Of a stretch of 64,000 bases of DNA, positions 52,788 to 64,000 are shown in pieces. Position numbers and translations under genes: made by a program. Position 1 is the first letter of the stretch. Each line of letters opens with the position of its first letter. Below the pieces are notes generated by a model. The model made no database searches and was not told where the DNA came from. It saw only the letters and a program-made list of their open reading frames with translations. This DNA is from Carcharhinus longimanus (Eukaryota), in NCBI GenBank assembly GCA_030264375.1, contig JASCQW010000132.1, positions 115,200,416 to 115,264,415 on the forward strand. The letters run 5' to 3'.

Positions 52788-53494
52788 AAAAACAGGACAA
52801 TGTTATGCCACCATCAAGAAGGAAGCACTGGCTTTCTATCACATGGGCTGTTCAGAGTTCTTGGATTACCTGATGGGCTTGCCCTTCCATGTATAGACAG
52901 ACCACAAACCCCTCATTACTCTCTCAAATTTCATGGAGAGTATTAAAATGCCCCTATGAAGGCAGTCTCACCTTTGCATGATTATTCATACATTATCAAC
53001 ATATGGCTGTCTACGTTCCAGGAAAGTTGCAATCCACGTCTGATGCTTTCCCCAGAGCTACTATGGACCAAACTATTGCCTTGGATTTTGCACCTGTCTC
53101 TGAAGTGGAAGAATTCTCTTCGCTCCAAACCTCGAAAGCAGAATCCATGATCAAGGCACAGCAGACCATCTTCTATACCAGTTATGGGGAACCTAGGCTA
53201 CTAAGTGGTCCCTTTAAAGATTGTATGTTAGGCCTCTTGTAGACTTGGTTTACCTGGGTACAGGTACCACCAGCTAGCTGTGGCAAATTGATTTATGGTG
53301 GGGGGGCATAAAGAAGTTTTAGATCCCTTATTTGCTTTTCCAAAGGGCCTAATGCCTGGTTAACTGTGGGAACTGTAACAATTCTTTTGGTCTTTACCAA
53401 TATCAGGATAAATTTGGGATCATGGTACACATGCATTCTAATCTGCTGTATTTGAGGCTTGAGAGGCCACCGAGTCCTATGGCTAAAAAGACTA

Positions 53495-53630
53495 GGGTGG
53501 TCTTCTCCAACCTTAACTGCAGCTGGGATTTGCTGGTCCCGCTACAGCAAATAAAGCTTTGGCTGAGCGCCAACTTCTTCATTCTTGCTGGCAGCGGTGG
53601 CAAGGTGAATGAGATTGGAGAATCCCAGCC
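53495..53630. mobile_element. MITE (inverted relative of 37760-37900)
   Basis: gctgggatttgctggtcccgc..ttggctgagcgccaa..ggagaatcccagcc. Confidence 0.6.
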
Positions 53631-54019
53631 AAGGTATTCTATTTTATGAAAGGTTTGAATCATATGTAACTGGTGAATGCATCCATATTGCTATTCTATC
53701 ATGAGAGACTATAGTTTATAATAATTGCAAATGTTGTTAAGTGTGAACCTTGGTTACAGTGTGGTATTTTAATAGCGGTATTTTTTACTCAAGCTCTGGT
53801 GTATGTGCAAATGTGCACCATTATAATGTAGTGTTTACATGCCTTATGTGTGCCATGTTATAACACAGTTTGATGTCCCATGATGTTACAGGCAAAAATT
53901 AAAATTGTGGGGCTTTCCTATGTTTATCACACATTCCTGTATATTTTGATACTATGAGCAGGTCGAAAAGATCTTTCATGTAAAAAGTAAAATGTATTTT
54001 TCTCTTTAAATTCATACAA

Positions 54020-54430
54020 TCTGCATTTGCAGCAATAATCTGAATCTGTCCAGTGACCTCTAACTTGGTTCTGAAAAAAATTGAACGATTGATGAGGTTG
54101 CTTTATGCTGTGATAAATCTGGAGCAGAAAATGTTTTGAATTCGCACTGCTAGTCACATTAGGCGCATTAAGTCTGCTGTGACTTCCAGCTGACAGTGTA
54201 AAGGTATTAATTATGAATAACAGCTCAACATGAAATGCATTAAAAAGCCTGCAGCAAAGTTGTGGGTTTCAAGCACACTCTTAGCATGAGTGTGTAACCC
54301 AAGTAATTTCTAAAGTCACTTGAACCGCAAGAGTTGTTATGGCTTTATAATTCATGAACCATTCTGAATTCAGTCGCTATGTCTTTGATCCACCACGTTC
54401 TTTCAATTTGAAGCACTGCTGTGAGAATAG
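54020..54430. promoter_or_regulatory. Putative conserved non-coding element
   Basis: cagctgacag (E-box/TALE), tattaattatg, gataaa and gcattaa motifs; repeat-free. Confidence 0.3.
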
Positions 54431-56689
54431 AGATTTTGTAACAATTCTAGAAGATCTGCATTGCGTTAGTGATCTGTGGTAGGAAGAGAGTTTAAATATC
54501 GGAGTGACTTACTGGGCATCACTTTCATCAAAGATTTTTATGGGTGCCAGAAATTCTATACAAATGTTTCTGAACCTTAAGGTAATTGCTGTTTTTAAAC
54601 TCTGGTATTTTCATATTTTGTATAATATATGCTGTATTTTTTGTTCTTGATCAAACAAGCATTTTTGCTTTATAGTGTAAACCATCAGTATTTTATTGAT
54701 CCCTACTTCTTAGCAGAGTTGCTTCCTGCTGCTCCCTGTGAAGGTCATTCTAAGTGTTGTCTGAGGAGGCAATTTAATGACTATGTTTTAGCTGTTTGAA
54801 ATGGAAGATCCAGTTTTTACCACAGATGTTTGGAATGAGGTATGAAATGACTTGGAGATGAACCATTGAACTTGAAAGTTAACAGCATAGCTTTGATAGT
54901 TTGTAGTCACTAGTCGTCATGGTGAATCAACATGAAGATTGAGGTTGTATAGAAGTAATGTAGGCATAATTGTCAATGTTCAGAACATTTCTTTGTGCTT
55001 GGGCAACATATACTTAGGATTTTGTTGAAGTTTTTTTTAGTCTGAAAGAATTTAGAAATATTTTTATTTTCCTTTTTTTTGGATTGGAAGTATTTGGACT
55101 TTTCAGTATGAGCATTGATGGCAAGCCATGAATGGGTGTTAGGGGGCCATAACCATGGGTGTTGGTTCAACCAAAATAATAGCACATGGAAAAGGTTTTA
55201 TACTTAGCATGTTTATCATCTCAAGTTCCACAGTGGAACTTTTAATGAATTATCGTAATGGAATCTTTCACTTCCCTGGTGAATAATGCAAATTGGCAGA
55301 TAATTGGGAAAAGTCCCTACACTCAGTCTGAAATAAATTTTCTCATCCAATAACGAAAAAAATTAAGACTCAATGAATAATAAATTCTACAAGGTACTGT
55401 GCATTCAGATGACTTCTACATTTCCTGCTAAATTAGTCATAACATTTTATCTTTAACATTGATAACGCACCAATGAAATGCTTTTACAATCAAAATTTGA
55501 CAACAGGCTAATTAGGCGATATTGGGGCAGGTGACCAAAGCTTGGTCAAGGATATAGGTTTTAAAAGAAAGACGTTGAACAATATTGTACTACTGACCCT
55601 GCCATTGAGCATCTTACTTGCAGCTGTAAGTAATTCCCACCTCTGTAACATTTCTTTTCTCCACCCTTGTCACTGTGATAGTGTGCAAGACTTCCTCTTA
55701 TACTGGAAAACAAGACATTGGTCACGTTTTATTGTGCTTCAAGTGCTGAGGTAGAAACATAAACTGAAAACTCTGTTGAGTGGCTGTCTTAATTTGAAAA
55801 ATATTTTTCCCAAACAGTGATTATCACTATTTGCCAATTGGAATCAAATAGTTTCTCAAGTTTCCAACAAAATCAGCATATGTAAAGGATCTGCATTTAG
55901 ATTGTGATATATAGGACAATAAGTGTTGCAAGTGGATAGTAAGTAGTAAGAACACTTTGGTTCAGATTAATACAAGAGATCAGTGAAATTTGCAATTTCA
56001 AAGTCTTGCGTGGAACAGAGAGTAAACATTACTTTCCATGGCCCATCAAATTAGCAGAATAGAAACATTCCGCAAATGGCAGTATAAAACGTTATACTTA
56101 TTACTAAACACAGAACAATAAATTAAATTTTATAACACATTGAGCCCTAAATTGGATAGGCCCTGCAAAGTTCAATTAACCCATGCCCATTGATTGCAAT
56201 CCAAACAGCAAACTAACTTGATTTCAGAAAAACAGCATTAGTCCTGCCTATCAACCAGCAGCTTTAAATTGTTGCCCTCCATGACAAGATGGGGCAGTCC
56301 ACTCTTGCCTTGTCTTCTAGACTTGGAGCTGCTCAAAATTCACCAGTCTTCCACCAGCTATGTTGCAGAAACTGGGGTAACATCACATAGGATTCCCAGG
56401 ACAAGCAAAGGCATTCAGAAAATGAGGCTCTCAGGAAATGCCCAAGGGTGCTAAGATGTCTTAGCAATAGGGCACAATTTCATTTATAAATTTGGTTTAG
56501 AATGTTTATCCCATTGGCTTGTATTTTTGTAATGGAGTCAAGCGGGTACTGTGATGATCAGTGGCAGAGGAAAGTAGTATACAGTACTACAAATGAATGG
56601 GAAATTGAGGTCACAGTTACTAGTATTGCACTTGGATGAGTTCTTGATGGACAGCCCTGACAAAAGGAGGACTGTCTAGGTTGCCTCTC

Positions 56690-57480
56690 CCTTCCAACTC
56701 CTCATCAAGTTCTCCTTAGCTGCTCATGGTGGTAAGGGACTTTCTTTATGATGTCAAGATTATACAACATGCAACATACCACACAAATCTTGACAGCATC
56801 TCTGCTGAGTACTGTAGGGTGTGGTGTGGGCTGTGGTGTTGGCAGTGCACTACTTTTTTTGCGTAACAGCAAGGCTTTCATTGCATGCATGGTTTGCACA
56901 CCAGAGTCATCAGCCATATTGTTAGTAGATATCCCTTGTCAGCAAATAACCACCATCTGTTTACCATGGTGGCTCAAATGCAGCTGGCACAGTGTGTGTC
57001 ACATCTGGACTGCTGTTAGGGGACTGGACATTGACCTGTGTGATTGTTGCCAGCTGGACACTGAAGGAGTGAAATCAGTGCGTGAGTAGGTAATAGTGCC
57101 CTGCACAAAGGCTAAGCATCCAACCTTAGTAAAGAATGTGATTGTTTTACCTGCTTGTCTCTGGCAAGAGAAAATGAAATATAGCTAATTTTCTTTAAAG
57201 AATGACTTCCCTACACAACAGTGGATGACAAATTGTGAGATGTTGCAAATACTTCCAACCTCAGCCTGGGAGAAGCCAGATACCTGAAAGATTATTGCCA
57301 GAGTCACTTCATAGCCACTGGCGTTATAAGCCTTATCCTACTGTGAGCTTGCATCTTTGACTGAAGCAGGTAACGTATTTCGCTGAAACATTTTTTATAA
57401 ACCACAGGAGTTTTATACATTGTACCTCACAGAGATTCCAGTAAGAGTTGCTCCCTGACTATAAATGGCTTCTCTCCTCC
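56690..57480 (-). pseudogene. Harbinger transposase remnant
   Basis: Minus strand GFSQAEVGSICNISQFVIHCCV, WLFADKGY (DDE Asp region), LQYS, VKICVVCCMLYNL. Confidence 0.8.
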
Positions 57481-57789
57481 TCTCTTTTCCAGTAACTTGT
57501 CTTGCTTTGTGTGTGTTCTATTCATACAGTATCCCAAGGAAGATGCCAACTAGTGCACCAATATTTGGGAAAATGGATCTGTGCAAAAGCATTGAGGTTA
57601 ACAGAAATTCTTCAGCACCTGCCTCATCCACTCTCTGTAGGAAACTCTGAACACATACAGAATTAAAGCAACAGCCAGAAGAAATCAACTGACAATTAAA
57701 TTTGTAGGTAGTTGATGATCTTTTCAAATAGCACCGGTGGCAGGAGGGGATCTTTTCTCCTACTGAATATCTGTTGTTCAGCTGTATGA

Positions 57790-57990
57790 TGATGTGGAGA
57801 TGCTACCGTTGGACTAGGGTAGGCCTGGTAAGAAGACTCACAACACCAGGTTAAAGTCCAACAGGTTTATTTGGTAGCATGAGCTTTCGGAGCATTGCCC
57901 CTTTACCAGGTGAAGGGACAGCACTCTGAAAGCTTGTGCTATCAAATAAATCTGTTGGACTTTAACCTGGTGTTGTGAGACTTTTTATTG
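57790..57990. mobile_element. Penelope-derived fold-back element (two inverted arms, decayed hammerheads at the centre)
   Basis: ctcacaacaccaggttaaagtccaacaggtttatttggtagca vs tgctatcaaataaatctgttggactttaacctggtgttgtgag; TSD tcagctgt(a/g)tga at 57778-57789 and 57991-58002. Confidence 0.85.
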
Positions 57991-58659
57991 TCAGCTGTGT
58001 GAGGTTAAGAGAGAGCATTGGTTGAAGAACGAGCTCCAAAATGACACTGCTATTGACAAATCAGCACTGCATGTTGGCACCATGATCTGCCCACTGGCCA
58101 TTCACTGTATGCATGCTAACACTTAGACCAATACGATATCTAATCTGATGCATTCCAAGAGTGTGCATGCATGTACCCTGGATGTCATTTTGGAGCTGTA
58201 GGGGCACTCATATGAGCCAATAAGTCGGTCCAGTTTCTCAGCCATCGGCTTTTAGCATTAGATTTGAGATCTTCATCATTTAAAATACAAACAAATGAGC
58301 TGGAAATGGTTTGGAATCTGTGAAAGAGAAGACAGGATTATGAACATGTGTAAACCAAACTGTAAGCAAAATACTCAGAGCCAGCAATGCTTGCCTCTCA
58401 TATCTTTTTGATTTCTTTATTGAGAAATTGATTGATGTACCTGAATATGCATTGAACAGGATAGGTAGCAGCCAAGGATCTGTTAATTAATTTCTAATAT
58501 TATTTAAGTTAACTACAAGCAGCCAAAAATTGATTCTTTAAGTATTATCAATATATTTTTCTGCTGCCTCTTAGGGTCAGCGTCCAGAAATGCAATATTC
58601 ATCTTCATATGTAGTTTGTCTACTTGTTTGCAGTTTATGGGTCCCAGATGTACGTCATC

Positions 58660-59372
58660 TCTCTTGACTTCTCCACTTTTACTAAATTATCAGACATCCG
58701 TATCTGCTTATCTGATATTCAGTACTGGATGAGCTGAAATTTCCTCTAATTAAATGTAGGGATGATCAAAACCACTATCCTTTTTCCTTGCTACAAACTC
58801 CATTCTTGATAAATGTCTGAGGCTCAACCTAATGAATTTTGACCCCCAGCGCGTCCCTGAATTTAATTGAGTGGTGGTAATGTGTTCAGCTGCCGGCTCT
58901 GGAATTCCCTTCCTGAATGTCTTCACCTTTTTAACTTATTTTCTTTCTTTATGGTGCTATTACTTTGTAAAGTTTATTGTTGTCACAAGTAGGCTTATGT
59001 TAACACTGCAATGAAATTATTGTGAAAATCCCCTAGCGGTGCCTGTTTGGGTACATTGAGGTAGAATTTAGCATGGCCAGTGCACCTAACCAGCGTGTCT
59101 TTCAGGTTGTGGGAGGAAACTGGAGCACCCAGAGGAAACCCACACAAACACGGGGAGAATGTGCAGACTGTATGCAGACATTGACCCAAGGCAGGAATTA
59201 AACCCAGGTCCTTGGCGCTGTGAGGCAATAGTGCTAACCACATTGTCACCATACTGGTTTTGACCAAGCTTTTGCTCATCTGTCCAATTATCTTACATGT
59301 CTTGGTGATGAATTTTGCTTCAAGACGCTCCTTTGAAGTGACTTTCTGTGTTAAAGGTGCTGTATATATATG
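58660..59372 (+). mobile_element. L2 fragment interrupted by a V-SINE
   Basis: tgcttatctgatattcagtactggatgagc..ttcctctaattaaat; resumes tttgaccaagcttttg..gttaaaggtgctgtata. Confidence 0.7.
58965..59255 (-). mobile_element. V-SINE with type-B tail
   Basis: Reverse complement of head, core and type-B tail (aaagtttattgttgtcacaagtaggctt..). Confidence 0.88.
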
Positions 59373-59725
59373 CCATTATGAAGATGTGTTATATAAAAAA
59401 AAATTTATAATGTCATTGGCAAGACATGCAATGTATTGAACTTTTTTGAAAATAACCCTTTTCCTAAGCAAGGGGTGCAGGCTTACGGCAGCTACAGTGT
59501 TGCATTTGTGAATGACACAGGGTGCTTACTGGAGATACCTTGAGAAAGATCGTGTGATCAAACTTTTGGACAGAAAATGCTGGATTTTGGATAGTCAGGG
59601 AGATTGCATTGTATGGCTATTGTTTTGCATTGGTGGATAGTTGGACATATTTGTTCATTTTAAACATTTGATAACATTTTAAATGTTGTTAGTGGGATAG
59701 ACGGTGATGTAGTGATTTAGAGGTC

Positions 59726-60188
59726 TCAGACAGAGCATATAAAGCACAGACAGTTTAGAGATTACTGATTAGAATGCGTTTCCTTACACCTAACCTGCTG
59801 TTCAAGACCTGAAGTGGCTGACAGTGTGAGTGGAAGGAGCACTGATCACAGGTTACAGAGATGTGTATTGTCTCCAGACAGTACAGTAAGTGAGGTTTTG
59901 CNNNNNNNNNNNNNNNNNNNNNNNNNNNNNNNNNNNNNNNNNNNNNNNNNNNNNNNNNNNNNNNNNNNNNNNNNNNNNNNNNNNNNNNNNNNNNNNNNNN
60001 NATCAGTAATCTCTAAACTGTCTGTGCTTTATATGCTCTGTCTGAGGCCAGAACTCTCCATTCACCTGACGAAGGGACGAACCCGAAAGCTTGTGAGTCT
60101 ATTATCAAATAAATCGTTTGGACTAAAACCTGGTGTTGTCAGATTTTTTACTGTGTTTACGCCAGTCCAACGCCGGCATACCCACATC
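59726..60188 (+). mobile_element. Young Penelope-type insertion with inverted 5' segment, interior in a gap
   Basis: Perfect 45-bp inverted repeat (59725-59769 vs 60002-60046); perfect 14-bp TSD gtgatttagaggtc (59712-59725, 60189-60202). Confidence 0.85.
60061..60097 (+). ncRNA. Minimal type I hammerhead ribozyme motif
   Basis: Stem I TCAC/GTGA, core CTGACGA, extra A, stem II GGG-acgaa-CCC, GAA, palindromic stem III AGCT, then T as H17. Confidence 0.7.
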
Positions 60189-60714
60189 GTGATTTAGAGG
60201 TCCAGGCTTTATATTCAAGATGATGGTAACCATGAAATTACGAGCAATTGTTGTAAAAACCCATCTCCCTCAGCAATGTGCTTTAGGGAAGGAAATCTGC
60301 CATCCTTACCAGATCTGGCCTACAGATGACTCTAATCTCATGATATGTGGTTGGCACTTAACTGCTCACTCAACTGGTTGTGCAAGCCACTCAGTTCAAG
60401 GCCAATTAGGGATGGGCAACAAGCACTGGCCTTACCAGTGGCACCCGCATACTATGAAAGAATAAAGAAAAATACACTTTTTGAGTTTTAACAATAAAGC
60501 TAATTCTTTACTTGTTAACTAGATGCTTTATTTCTTGCACCAAGCATACACAGTTAAATATACATTGGCAATATCACCTCCCTTTTAAATTCACTCTCTG
60601 TTATAACTAACTCAGGAGTGGAACAAAGAGAGGAATCAGTTCACCCCTGTTAATCTCATAATATTTAGTATGTTTAAAAATTAGTTGGAATCCGCACCTT
60701 CCTCTCTGTCCCAA

Positions 60715-61090
60715 TTACAGAGTGGATAAATATGTTTTGGAACTCAGTCCTGTGCTTTATAGACCAACAAGATCCTAGGTTTGATTCTTGTCTGAACTGA
60801 ATAGCTGATGTCAGTTGGGGGTCTCTAAAATTAATCTTGATATACCCAGCCTAGAGGGAAGAAAAGAAAATCAGTGCATTCCGAATGGCTGTCCGTTGAT
60901 CCATGCTGGAGAATACATCTTTGGTGATAGAATAATACTTCACCATGATGGCCCTCTTCTTCCCACAGCTCGATTGCCTGCCAACACACGGCCTTTGCAT
61001 TCATAGATGAAGAACAAGCAAGATGCTGAAGAGCTGTCAAAACTGTTGGTTGCCACTGTAGCCTGATCCACTGCTAAAAGTAATATGGGG
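60715..61090 (+). mobile_element. Ancient SINE resembling AmnSINE2
   Basis: tagaccaacaagatcctaggtttgattcttgtctgaactgaatagctgatgtcagttgggg vs recalled consensus cagaccaggaaggtcccaggttcgatccctggtctgtgctgagttagctgatctcagccgggg; later gaaaatcag and tgctgga also match. Confidence 0.5.
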
Positions 61091-61744
61091 AAGAACTAGG
61101 TGAATTAGTCTGAATTCATACTGAGACCTATCACATTGGATTCCATTTTCTTAATTAGTTGCTTTCTCGCCTTGTATGTATTCAGTCTAATGGGTGAGCT
61201 TAAAGAAAAGGAAAACTTAGTAAAATCAGACCTCTGACCACAGACTCCAGAACAGGATTGTGATAATCATAGTTGTTAATAGTTCATGATTTGAGTTCAG
61301 ATATTTTAATTTCTTTGACCTCCTAGCTGTTGAAGTGGCTATTTTTATATCTCTAAAATGTTTGCCTTGGCACACACCTTGAATTTGCACTCCCATTTAA
61401 GCATCTGTTGGTAGCTGTGGCTTTTTAAATAAAGGTTTAATGGATAGAAAACATTTGTTTGTTGGAAGAGGACTGTGAATTGGATAAAACCATCCTCTTG
61501 TTAGTGGGCTTCTCCCCAGTAGTGTATTTTGCAGTGTGTTCTAATTTGTGTGTCTACAAGAACAATAATAGGCAATTGAGCTTCAGTAATATCCCTAGGT
61601 ATGGCTTGGCCCTATTAAGTATGAGAATACAGCCACCTCTGTCTTGTAATTCTAATCAATAGCCATGTTTGGATTAACTCAGTCTTTGATTCTTTCATAA
61701 CTGCCATATATTACGTAGATTTAAAGGCTTACTCATTTTTTCAG

Positions 61745-61798
61745 TATGTTAAGAATGATTGGAGATCTCAGTGATCTCAATATTTATTCCACATCAAG
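61745..61798 (+). CDS. Weaker putative 54-bp exon
   Basis: cttactcattttttcag acceptor, AAG|gtaaac donor; one open frame MLRMIGDLSDLNIYSTS. Confidence 0.3.
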
Positions 61799-62768
61799 GT
61801 AAACAGTTAACTCAAGTTATTTGAAGCGGTTTCATACGGTCATGCACAGATAGCAATAGTTTTGTAGTATCCTTGCATTTTTTATTAGCAGGATAAGCAA
61901 CGAAATATTTGATAGCATTCTTAAGCCAAAAAAATGACAGAAGCTTTTACATAGAAGTCAAAAGTATTCATTTTTAGTAATTTTCAACTGCTTATTGTAT
62001 CCATTTTAACATGCTCCAATGCTGAAATTTAGTTTCCTGTTTTGTCAGCTTTGTGCTGTAGGTGGTCATGTCTCCCTCAAGTCTCTGTCTTGCATTGAGT
62101 AAAAATTTACAGCTGTTACTGGTTTATGTGTGCAGCTGGGTGCCATGGTGCTAATTGAATGACATGATTCGCGACTATATTTCCCTTATTTCACATTTTC
62201 ATGTTGGTCTGACATAACATTCTGACCCCAGCCCCTCTCCCCATGCTTTACTTTGAATGGGAATGGGGAGTCTCACCTGCCATATAAACACTGTTTTGCT
62301 ATTTTTAATACCCACAAATAGTAATTTGAAGTTTTCAGTATTGGTAAGCCAAAAACAGAGAGTTGGAGATGAGTCTTTTAAGATTTTAATGCCAAACATT
62401 GTAACTTCGTTTCAACTTAATATTGCCAAAGAACTTGGAGTTAACTAGAAATACACTCAAGTTAAATAAATGATTGTGAGTTTTAATTATTTTTGGGAGA
62501 TTATGCATAATGCTGATATATGGATATGTAGTTTGCCAAGAAATGTCATGCTTGGATCATAATTTCTGTGAAACTCCAGATAAAGGAGCCAATTTGCTAG
62601 CCATTGGACTTCAAATCATTTAATCAGTTACTCAACAGTTCATTCTAAATAAAGTGGTAAACACGGGAAAAAAAGCAATAAATTTGTACCAAAGTGAATC
62701 CAGCTGGGTGGGTGGGGATGAATGTTGTGTTGGGACTTGGTGAAGGACTGATTGTACAGTATGTTAGA

Positions 62769-62867
62769 TGATCAGATGACCTGATGAAGGAGCAGCGTTC
62801 CGAAAGCATGTGGCTTGTGCTGTCAAGTAAACCTGTTGGACTTTAACCTGGTGTTGTGAGACTTCTA
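62769..62867 (+). mobile_element. Penelope-derived short element with hammerhead motif
   Basis: CTGATGA-a-GGAGC-agc-GTTCC-GAAA at 62781-62805; TSD acagt(a/g)tgttaga at 62756-62768 and 62868-62880. Confidence 0.8.
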
Positions 62868-62879
62868 ACAGTGTGTTAG

Positions 62880-63125
62880 AAACAGGGATACACCATTCAT
62901 CCCCTTGAACCTTTTCCATCATTCAGTTAGTTGTTCATAGCTGGTCTGTAACTTAACTCCATTGATTCCATATCCCTTGATACTTTCCCAAACAAAAATC
63001 AGTCTCATTTCTGAAATCTTCAGTTGACCACCCTGCTTTTTGTTGGAAGAGCCTTCCATTTATCTCCATGACAGTCGAGTAAATCAATGAAAAAAAGAAT
63101 ATTCTCTGGTTGTGCAAACAAATTT
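62880..63125 (-). mobile_element. Old CR1 3' end
   Basis: ccattcatccccttgaacc..ccatcattcagttag..tagctggtctgt..ccatatcccttgatac is the CR1 3' UTR reversed. Confidence 0.6.
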
Positions 63126-64000
63126 TTTGACAACATACCTGTGAAATAGCTTCAGATATTTTACTGTATAAGGGGAGCAATATAAATGTGGACTTTTGTC
63201 ATAGCATTTTTACTTCCTTTTCTTATTTCCCAAATGGGATCTTTCACAGCCACATATCTGTTATTTTTCTCATGTCTTTGTCAGCAGAGTCTGACATTTT
63301 CCTCATGTCTCTTTTGGCATTTGGTGTTACTTTGACTTCAAAAGCGGTATGGGGGAAGGCACTGTATAAGGCTCTTTCAAGGATGTTGGGTCAGAAAGTT
63401 GTCTGCTGATGAGCATAATGTTGTCATAAGTTTCTGCTGTCTAGACTGACATTCATGGCTGCAAATATATTTTGGGTATTACCACTGGAGCACATTCCAC
63501 TTTCCCAGCAAACGGTTACCTTCATTTGTTCACTGCATAGCCCAGGCATGATTTTCGGAGATGCAGACTTGCCTAGTACCTGTACTGCCCTTTCAGCCTC
63601 ATAGCTAGTATTGCTGGGAGGGGGGGGTTTCAATGAGGAACCTTCTTTCGGATATAATTAAGCAAAATTCATCAGCTTTGAAAAGTACTCAAGTGTGCTG
63701 GATTCAGTGTGGGAGTGTGGCAGTGAAGAGACCAGGGGGATAAAGGCAGAGGATTTTCAGGTGAAAGGTGTTTCCTTTGTTTTGGCAGAATTGGTGGAAG
63801 TAGTGTGTTTAGTGCGGAACACTCTGAATACCTCAGATCAGATCATACAATCCCTACAGTGCAGAAGAGGCCTTCCAGTCTGCTCCAACTCTCTGACAGC
63901 CCCACTCAAATAGGGGTTTTATTGCAGTCCTTATTAAGTAGCAGTGTGACAGGGAGGTGGAGCACAGGTGACAAAGAAGAGAAGCTCCTAATTGAAAGCA

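Larger units (their letters stand above)
49436..53190 (+). mobile_element. Decayed Gypsy LTR retrotransposon (possible 5' LTR, gag, PR, RT, RNase H)
   Basis: Protease FKLDTGARV (~51330), RT NLDTNSGFWQI..SRLLTPF and VICHVDDVFIH, RNase H ADISYPGLGAVLIQ, YATIKKEALA, TDHKPL; many stops and frameshifts; no integrase or 3' LTR seen. Confidence 0.85.
59692..60470 (+). mobile_element. Older tRNA-SINE (44259 family) split by the Penelope-derived insertion
   Basis: accatgaaa..ttgttgtaaaaacccatct..tttagggaaggaaatctgccatccttacc..gggatgggcaa. Confidence 0.65.

Noticed and set aside
54483-54581. 99-bp open frame (EESLNIGVTYW..FLNLK) ending at AAG|gtaatt
   Set aside because: The acceptor lacks a pyrimidine tract and the peptide is unrecognised; too weak to call, though worth checking in RNA-seq.
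56690-57480. Possible domesticated HARBI1 gene
   Set aside because: Multiple stops, frameshifts and deletions; a dead transposon copy.
1-64000. CRISPR arrays, operons or other prokaryotic systems
   Set aside because: Eukaryotic repeat landscape with no repeat-spacer arrays or long ORFs.

Overview
Vertebrate nuclear DNA, most likely a shark (HE1-type V-SINEs, a SacSINE1-like DeuSINE, CR1/L2/Rex1 LINEs). It is an AT-rich draft scaffold with 11 N-gaps. None of the supplied ORFs is an intact gene: those with recognisable content are decayed transposon proteins (CR1, L2, Rex1, Penelope RT, Gypsy pol, PIF/Harbinger transposase and Myb/SANT). The window looks like large introns of an unidentified + strand gene, with one good 63-bp exon candidate (24168-24230), a possible 5-nt microexon and a weaker 54-bp exon, between several repeat-free blocks that resemble conserved non-coding elements. 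The best signal is a family of short Penelope-derived insertions carrying minimal type I hammerhead ribozyme motifs, with covarying stem II, inverted architecture and long target-site duplications. V-SINEs occur with two different LINE-like tails. All family names come from recalled consensus motifs, not database searches, and many boundaries are approximate (tens of bp).
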